From NCBI GenBank assembly GCA_951406725.2, contig OX597843.1:13268001-13332000 (forward strand): DNA of 64,000 bases, written 5' to 3'. This DNA is from Octopus vulgaris (Eukaryota). Below the pieces are notes generated by a model that did not search any database, had not been told where the DNA came from, and saw only the letters and a list, made by a program, of their open reading frames with translations. Position 1 is the stretch's first letter. Every line of letters begins with the position of its first letter. The position numbers and the translations under genes were made by a program. Of this stretch, positions 55,296 to 64,000 are shown piece after piece.

Positions 55296-56200
55296 GTACA
55301 TACATACATACATACATACATACATACATACATACAAACATACATACATATGTACATACATACATATGTACATACATACATACATACACACAAACATACA
55401 CACACACACACACATACATACATACATACATACATACATACACACACACATACATACACACACACACACATACATACATACATACACACACATACATACA
55501 TACACACAAACATACATACAAACATACATACATACATACATACACACACACATACATACACACACACATATTAACATACATACATACATACGTACGTACG
55601 TACGTATGTATATATATTCAACACGATTCTTTCAGTTTTCCACCTACCAAATCTATTCACAAAGCTTTGGTCAGCCCAAGGCTATAGTAGAAGATACTTG
55701 CCCAAAGTGACATGCAGTGGGTCTGAACCCAGAACCATGTGGTTGAGAAGCAAGCTTCTTACCACATCACCACACCTGCACCTGTATATTAATATTTATA
55801 TTTCAGGGAGGAATTTCACAAAATCGGATTTGTACGTTTTTACGTATTTTCTTGAACTGTTCCAAAAATAGCTAATAATTTTTTTCTTGATCCTATTAGC
55901 TGTTATATATTGATTAGAATGTCTTAATTAAGAAAATCGTATTTACCTGTCCTGTGTCCACTGACAGGTAAATACACTGATTTGCATATTGTAGGTGTGT
56001 ATATTTCTGTGTTTATGTATGTATGTATGTATGTATGCATGTATGTATGTATGCATGTATGTATGTGTGTGTATGTATATATATATATACGTAGCTGTGT
56101 ATATGTATGCTTGTATGTAAATATGTATGTTGTGTATATACACAAGCACATATGTATGCATTATATATGTATGCTGTATGGGTATGTGCATGTGTATGCA

Positions 56201-56242
<42 letters not shown>

Positions 56243-56339
56243 TACATATATATATGGATATACATCCATTTCTATATAGATGTATGTAGATGTGTAAGCA
56301 TGTATAGATGTATAGGTGTTTGTATGTAAAAGAGAGAGA

Positions 56340-56454
<115 letters not shown>

Positions 56455-56537
56455 GGTCCCGGGTTGATTCGGGGTTAACCACAGTAAGTAAGGTACTCAA
56501 TACATAGCAGAGTAAAATTAATTTATTATATAGAAGG

Positions 56538-56588
56538 AGCTTCTACAGGACTAGTACTGTTTCATTCAAGAGAAATCTTCAGGAAGCT
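56538..56588 (-). ncRNA. Second, inverted copy of the same type I hammerhead-like motif
   Basis: Exact reverse complement of 59752-59802. Confidence 0.7.
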
Positions 56589-56762
56589 ATTTAACAAGAA
56601 TTGTATTAGCATTTATACATTTAGGCAGGTTTAAAGGAGTGGTGGTGGGGGACTTTTTGGGGGTAGGCATAGCGCAAAATATCATACTTGGGGGAGTGGT
56701 CAAGGAGTCAGTGGTAATTTAGATGAAAGAATAGATAAATAAAATATATATGTATATATATT

Positions 56763-56817
<55 letters not shown>

Positions 56818-57184
56818 GCTTGTATGTGTGTGTGTGTGTATATGTGTATATGTGTTTGTATGTATATGTGTATATATGTATATGCATATGTATGTAAATG
56901 TATGTGCTTATGTATGTGTATGTATGTATAAAATATTATATAATTAGGGCTTAGGAAAATAAAATAAATTACTTTGCCACATACTAAACTTTCTAGAAAT
57001 AGCAGCCAATAAAGTTTTTTAGCCTCTTCCACTACTTAGAGAATTTTTTTCCCTCTAACATTGTTTACTCAAAATAATAATGGTCCCTTTACATACTGAA
57101 CACTTGATGAAATTGATTAATAACTAATTAACTTTACCCTCCCTTGTTGATATATATATACATATGTATATGTGTACATGTATG

Positions 57185-57217
<33 letters not shown>

Positions 57218-57720
57218 ATGTGTGTATGTATGTATTTGTATATGTGTGTGTGTATATGTATGTGTGCGCGTGTGTGTGTATGTATGTGTATGTATACTTG
57301 TATATGTATATGCATGAATGTATATATATGTGTGTGTATATGTGTATTATGTATGTATTTATATAGATATGTAGTTTTATATATATATATGTATGTATAT
57401 GCATCTGTCTGTGTGTGTGTATGTGTATATATGTGTATCATTTTTGCGTATGTATACATGTATATGTGTATATGTATGTGTGTGTGTGTGTATATGTATA
57501 TATATATATATATATGTGTATATATATGTATATATATATATATGCATACGTATGTGTATGTACATGTATATATGTATGTGTGTATATGTATATATGTTTA
57601 TATATGTGAGTATGTAGTGATATAAGTATATGCATGTGTATGTATGGGTATGTGTATCAGTGTATATGTATATATGTATGTGTGTGTGTATGTATATGTA
57701 TGTATATGTGTATATATGTA

Positions 57721-57755
<35 letters not shown>

Positions 57756-57822
57756 GTGTATATATATGTGTGTATGTATGTGTATGTGTATGTATGTGTA
57801 TGTATATCTATATATGTATATA

Positions 57823-57874
<52 letters not shown>

Positions 57875-58372
57875 TGCGTGTGTGTATGTATGCATATATG
57901 TATGTATGCATGTATATGTGTATGTATATATATGTGTGTAAGTGTGTGCATATATGTATTTGTAAGTATGTGTGCGCGTATGAGTATGTATGTATGCTTG
58001 CACACGTGTATATATATGTGTGTGTGTGTATATATATGGATGCGCGTGCGTGTGTGCACGTGTATGGGTACGCATGTATATGTGTATGTGCGTGTATGCG
58101 TATACGTGTATGTATGTACGTGTGTGCGTAGATTTGTATATGTATGTGTGAGTGTGTATATATATATATATATATATATACATATATATAGATGGGTGTG
58201 TGTATGCGTATAAATGCATGTAAGTATGGATGTATGGATGTATGTATGTATGTATACGTATGTATGTGTGTATGTGTGTATGTATATATATATGTGTGTA
58301 TATATGTTTGTGTATGTATATATATGTGTATGTATGTGTGTGTATATGTATGTGTGTATGTGTATGTATGTG

Positions 58373-58422
<50 letters not shown>

Positions 58423-59300
58423 TATGTATCTGTATGTAGGAGTATATATGTGTGTGTGTGTATGTATATGCGGGTATATATATATATATATGTATATTTA
58501 TTGGTGTATATGTATAGACTAGCCTCCTAAAGTGTAGACACGAATCTGTAGGTACGAGTACGTATGTGTATATACGTGAACGTATGTAGATGTTTGTATG
58601 TATGAATATAACGCGTGCGTACGTGTATGTGTATGAGTGTACGAATGGGTGAATGTACGTGCTAATGAGTGTGCGTGCGGGAATGAGTACTTGCCTTCTA
58701 GTAGACAGACAAATGGACATGCAGCCATTGCCAGGATTCTTAGCCCTAGCGATCAAAGATAACAAAAGTAATAAATGAAGATAATAAAATTAAAATTAGG
58801 GAATGGGCCTGTATTGGATTGTATATATATATATGTATATGTATATTTGTATGTATGTATGTGTGTATGTGTAGGTATGTATAGGTACACATGTGTATGT
58901 GTATGTGTATGTATATATGTGTGTATGTATGTATGTGCACACATGTATATATATGTATGCGTGTATATGTTTATATATATATATGTGTACATAGGTGTAT
59001 GTGGGTGTATGTATATATAGGTGTAAATATGTGTATATAGGGAACTAGGTGTGTTGTGTGTGCATGAGTGTATGTGCGTATGAATATATATTTTTATGTG
59101 TATATATGTATGTGTGGTCGTGGGTATATATATATATATATATACATGTGTGTATGCGTGCATGCATGGGAGTGAGTGTATGCATATATACGTGTGTGTA
59201 TGTGTAGACAGGTATAGGCATGTGCATGTGTATAAATTTGTATATGTGGGCGGGTGTATGTATGTGTGTATGTAGATATGTATGTATGTGTGTACATGTG

Positions 59301-59347
<47 letters not shown>

Positions 59348-59751
59348 GTGTGTGTATATATATGTGTATGTATGTATGTGTGTGTAGATACGTATACATG
59401 TGTGTATAGGTATAAGTGAGAATCTCCTTATTTACCTATAACTCTATCCCCCCTTTTTTTATATATATATTTTTTTATATATATATTTTATATATATATT
59501 TTTTTATATATATTTTTTATATTTTTTATTTTTTAATTTTTTATTTTATTTTTTTATTTTTTATTTTTTATTTTTTTATTTTTTATTTTTTTATTTTTTT
59601 ATTTATCTATTCTTTCATCTAAATTACCACTGACTCCTTGACCACTCCCCCAAGTATGATATTTTGCGCTATGCCTACCCCCAAAAATCCCCCACCACCA
59701 CTCCTTTAAACCTGCCTAAATGTATAAATGCTAATACAATTCTTGTTAAAT

Positions 59752-59802
59752 AGCTTCCTGAAGATTTCTCTTGAATGAAACAGTACTAGTCCTGTAGAAG
59801 CT
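59752..59802 (+). ncRNA. Type I hammerhead ribozyme-like motif inside a ~225-bp repeat
   Basis: AGCUUC [CUGAAGA] uUUC-UCUU-GAAu [GAAA] CAG-UACUAGUC-CUG UA GAAGCU; GUA at 59794-59796. Confidence 0.7.
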
Positions 59803-59824
59803 CCTTCTATATAATAAATTAAAA

Positions 59825-60390
<566 letters not shown>

Positions 60391-60469
60391 ATATATATAT
60401 ATATATATATATATAGATCGATAGATAGATAGATAGATAGATACACATCTACATACATACATATATGCA

Positions 60470-60688
60470 CACACACTGGCCGATGCCAGTCTCCCTGGCA
60501 CCTGTGCCGGTGGCATGTAAAAAGCACCCACTACACTCGTGGAGTGGTTGGCGTTAGGAAGGGCATCCAGCTGTAGAAACACTGCCAGATCAGACTGGAG
60601 CCTGGTGCAGCCCCTGGCTTCCCAGACCCCGGTCGAACCGTCCAACCCGTGCTAGCGCAGAAAATGGACATTAAACGATGATGATGAT
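60470..60688 (+). mobile_element. RTE-like LINE 3' end fragment
   Basis: Same family, ending GACATTAAACGATGATGATG. Confidence 0.7.
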
Positions 60689-60998
60689 ATATATATGTAT
60701 ATATATACATATATGTATGTAGATGTGTAAGCATGTTTAGATGTATGTGGTGTGTGTGTGTATGTCTGCTTGGATGTATACATATATATGTATGTATGTG
60801 TGTGTGTTTATATATATCTCTTTTCTCTTTTCTCTTTTACTTGTTTCAGTCATTTGACTGCGGCCATGCTGGAGCACCGCCTTTTAGTCGAGCAAATCGA
60901 CCCCAGGACTTATTCTTTGTAAGCCCAGTACTTATTCTATCGGTCTCTTTTGCTGAACCGCTAATTATATACATATATATAATTTCAAACCATATAAA

Positions 60999-61410
60999 GG
61001 CGCAGGAGTGGCTGTGTGGTAAGTAGCTTGCTAACCAACCACATGGTTCCGGGTTCAGTCCCACTGCGTGGCATCTTTGGCAAGTGTCTTCTGCTATAGC
61101 CCCGGGCCGACCAATGCCTTGTGAGTGGATTTGGTAGACGGAAACTGAAAGAAGCCTGTCGTATATATGCATATATATGTGTCGTATATATGTATATATA
61201 TGTTTGTGTGTCTGTGTTTGTACCCCTAGCATTGCTTGACAACCGATGCTGGTATGTTTACGTCCCTGTCACTTAGCGGTTCGGCAAAAAGAGACCGATA
61301 GAATAAGTACTGGGCTTACAAAAAGAATAGGTCCCGGGGTCGAGTTGCTCGACTAAAGGCGGTGCTCCAGCATGGCCGCAGTCAAATGACTGAAACAAGT
61401 AAAGAGTAAA
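60999..61410 (+). mobile_element. tRNA-derived SINE family A, full-length copy
   Basis: Head GGCGCAGGAGTGGCTGTGTGG (A box) ... GGTTCAGTCCC (B box), internal (TA)n/(TG)n, tail AAACAAGTAAAGAGTAAA. More than 15 copies or fragments in the window. Confidence 0.88.
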
Positions 61411-61699
61411 CTCTTACCCACTCATACACAAACACACACGTATATATTTTTAGGCACACACCCACACATCTCACACACAAAGCATTCCAAAAATAACACA
61501 CACATTACAATACTCTCACACACACACACACACACTCTGAACTTTATCCCAACTTCGAACATATTATGAAGCCTTCCATTCTTTCTCCTTTCTTCTCCAC
61601 CACCACCACCACCACCACCCCCATCACCATCACTATTACCACTACCTCCACCACCGCCTCCAACACTACCACCACTACCAACAACAAACAAAACCATCA

Positions 61700-61764
61700 C
61701 CACTGCTATCATCACCATCATTGCGAATCCCACCATGACCACCACGACCAACACTGCCACCACC

Positions 61765-61835
<71 letters not shown>

Positions 61836-62001
61836 AACCATCACCACCACCACCACCACCACTACTACTACTACTACAACCATCATCACCACCACCACTA
61901 CCATCTCTACCACAACCACTGCTGCTACCATAACGACTATTACTACTACAAGTACTCCAACTACCACCACCACCATCACCACCACTACCACCACCACCAC
62001 C

Positions 62002-62036
<35 letters not shown>

Positions 62037-62067
62037 AACCATCACCACCACCACCACCACCACCACC

Positions 62068-62099
<32 letters not shown>

Positions 62100-62226
62100 A
62101 ACCATCGTCACCACCACCACTACCATCTCTACCACAACCACTGCTGCTACCATAACGACTATTACTACTACAAGTACTCCAACTACCACCACCACCATCA
62201 CCACCACTACCACCACCACCACCACC

Positions 62227-62261
<35 letters not shown>

Positions 62262-62520
62262 AACCATCACCACCACCACCACCACCACCACCACCACCGC
62301 CACCACTACTACTACTACTACTACTACAACCATCGTCACCACCACCACTACCATCTCTACCACAACCACTGCTGCTACCATAACGACTATTACTACTACA
62401 AGTACTCCAACTACCACCACCACCACCACCACCACCACCACCACCATCACCACCACCAGCGCCGCCACCGCTGCTGCTACTACTACTACTACTGCTACCA
62501 GCTCCACCACCATCACCACC
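61700..62520. repeat. (ACC/ACT)n tract with a ~225-bp higher-order triplication
   Basis: CCATCTCTACCACAACCACTGCTGCTACCATAACGAC at about 61901, 62123 and 62351. Confidence 0.85.
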
Positions 62521-63049
62521 ATCATCATTTATACCAGCACCACAACTACTATCTTCACACAGAACCATTGCTGTTGTACATGGGTGGTGGTGGTGGTGGT
62601 GTTGATGGTGGTGGTATTGGTGGTGGTTTTAGTAGTAGTTGTGGTCATGGTGACGATGGAGGCGGTGGTGATATCCATGGCAGTGGCAATTATGACGGTG
62701 ATGGCAATGATGATGGTGGTGGTGGTGGTGGGGGTGGTGGTGGTGGTGGCGGAGGTGGGGGGGGGAGGGCTGTTGTTTTTTCCCCAGGAAAATCCTTTGG
62801 TCATGTGACATGAAATTTTGACTGAACCAACTTTGTGCCGTGACTCATCCGTGACGTCATTGTTACACCACTGCCAGCGCCCCCTAGCGGCTGTATAATG
62901 GCTGAACGATCTAGGTGAGCACACGCTTGTGTGTGTGTATGTGTGTGGGCATAAGTACTTCTGCATGTGTATGTGTATGTGTGTGTGTGTCTATTGCGCA
63001 CACACATACACATACACACACTCACTATACAAGTATACATACGTGTCAG

Positions 63050-63110
<61 letters not shown>

Positions 63111-63362
63111 AATTGTTTGTATATATACATATATGTATAAGCGTGTACATATACATAGTATGTATATGTATGTGTACATATATATATAAATATACATATA
63201 TATGTACATATATATATATATGATATGTATGTATGTATGTATACACACACACACACATATTCATATGCACTTACATAGATAGATATCCAGAAACAAAGAC
63301 AGACAGACTGAAAGATATACACACATCTACATACTTACATATACATATACATACAATATATA

Positions 63363-63404
<42 letters not shown>

Positions 63405-63449
63405 TACATATGCATATATATACACACATATATATATATATACATACAT

Positions 63450-63505
<56 letters not shown>

Positions 63506-63510
63506 CAGAC

Positions 63511-63556
<46 letters not shown>

Positions 63557-63730
63557 ACACAGATTTTCAGATGCCTATGATGCGGAAATGTGCTATCTTC
63601 ACCAGAATGTTCCCATGAGTATAATATAACTTCTGCTTCGCAAATCTCACAAAATCTATGCTAATCCATGCACTTACAATATTATTGCACATTATCATTC
63701 ATATATATGCATACATACATATATATGTGT

Positions 63731-63765
<35 letters not shown>

Positions 63766-63887
63766 ACAATTTAGGAGTGACCCTAACAGGTCATTCGTCC
63801 ACCAGAAAGAGCAGCCATAACTCACACCGCCAAGTAGTAGTAATTCAGAAATTAGGTGAAAATTTAAAAACATTTACCCTAATTCAT

Positions 63888-63987
63888 CTTTTAGACGTTG
63901 CAACGTTTCTGTGTCATTAATGATTAAATTAGCTTAATTAAATTAAATTAAGCTAATCTACCATAGGTTACACTTCATCAGTAAAAA
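63888..63987 (-). ncRNA. Type I hammerhead ribozyme-like motif with palindromic stem III and expanded stem II
   Basis: Minus strand: UUUUA [CUGAUGA] aGUGU...ACACa [GAAA] CGUUG-CAACG UC UAAAA; GUC = 63896-63894. Confidence 0.72.
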
Positions 63988-64000
63988 ACCTGGGAGAGAC

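Larger units (their letters stand above)
56518..59822. mobile_element. Inverted pair of ~225-bp Penelope-like terminal repeats (56518-56744 and 59597-59822)
   Basis: Near-identical reverse complements, each containing a hammerhead motif and adjacent to (TA)n. Confidence 0.6.

Overview
Repeat-saturated animal genomic DNA; the SINE families and very dense microsatellites point to an octopus or other coleoid cephalopod (inference). There is one real protein-coding gene, a 4-coding-exon, + strand MAP-kinase phosphatase of the DUSP10/MKP-5 type (CDS 21823-22360, 38633-38812, 40481-40666, 45884-46158; 392 aa; rhodanese/KIM domain plus HCQAGVSRS catalytic loop). The rest is tRNA-derived SINEs (at least 3 families), fragments of RTE, HERO-like and R4/Dong-like LINEs, piggyBac-type MITEs with TTAA TSDs, Helitron/Helentron-like elements, mini- and microsatellites and one 100-N gap. 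Almost all listed ORFs are repeat artefacts. The main unexpected signal is RNA structure. There are three distinct canonical type I hammerhead-ribozyme-like motifs (one present in two inverted copies). There are also four motifs (13814-13875+, 14882-14949-, 18326-18376+, 49976-50038-) that contain all hammerhead core elements, with compensatory helix changes, but in a strand order matching none of types I, II or III. These are candidate pseudoknotted, strand-swapped hammerheads carried by retroelement termini.
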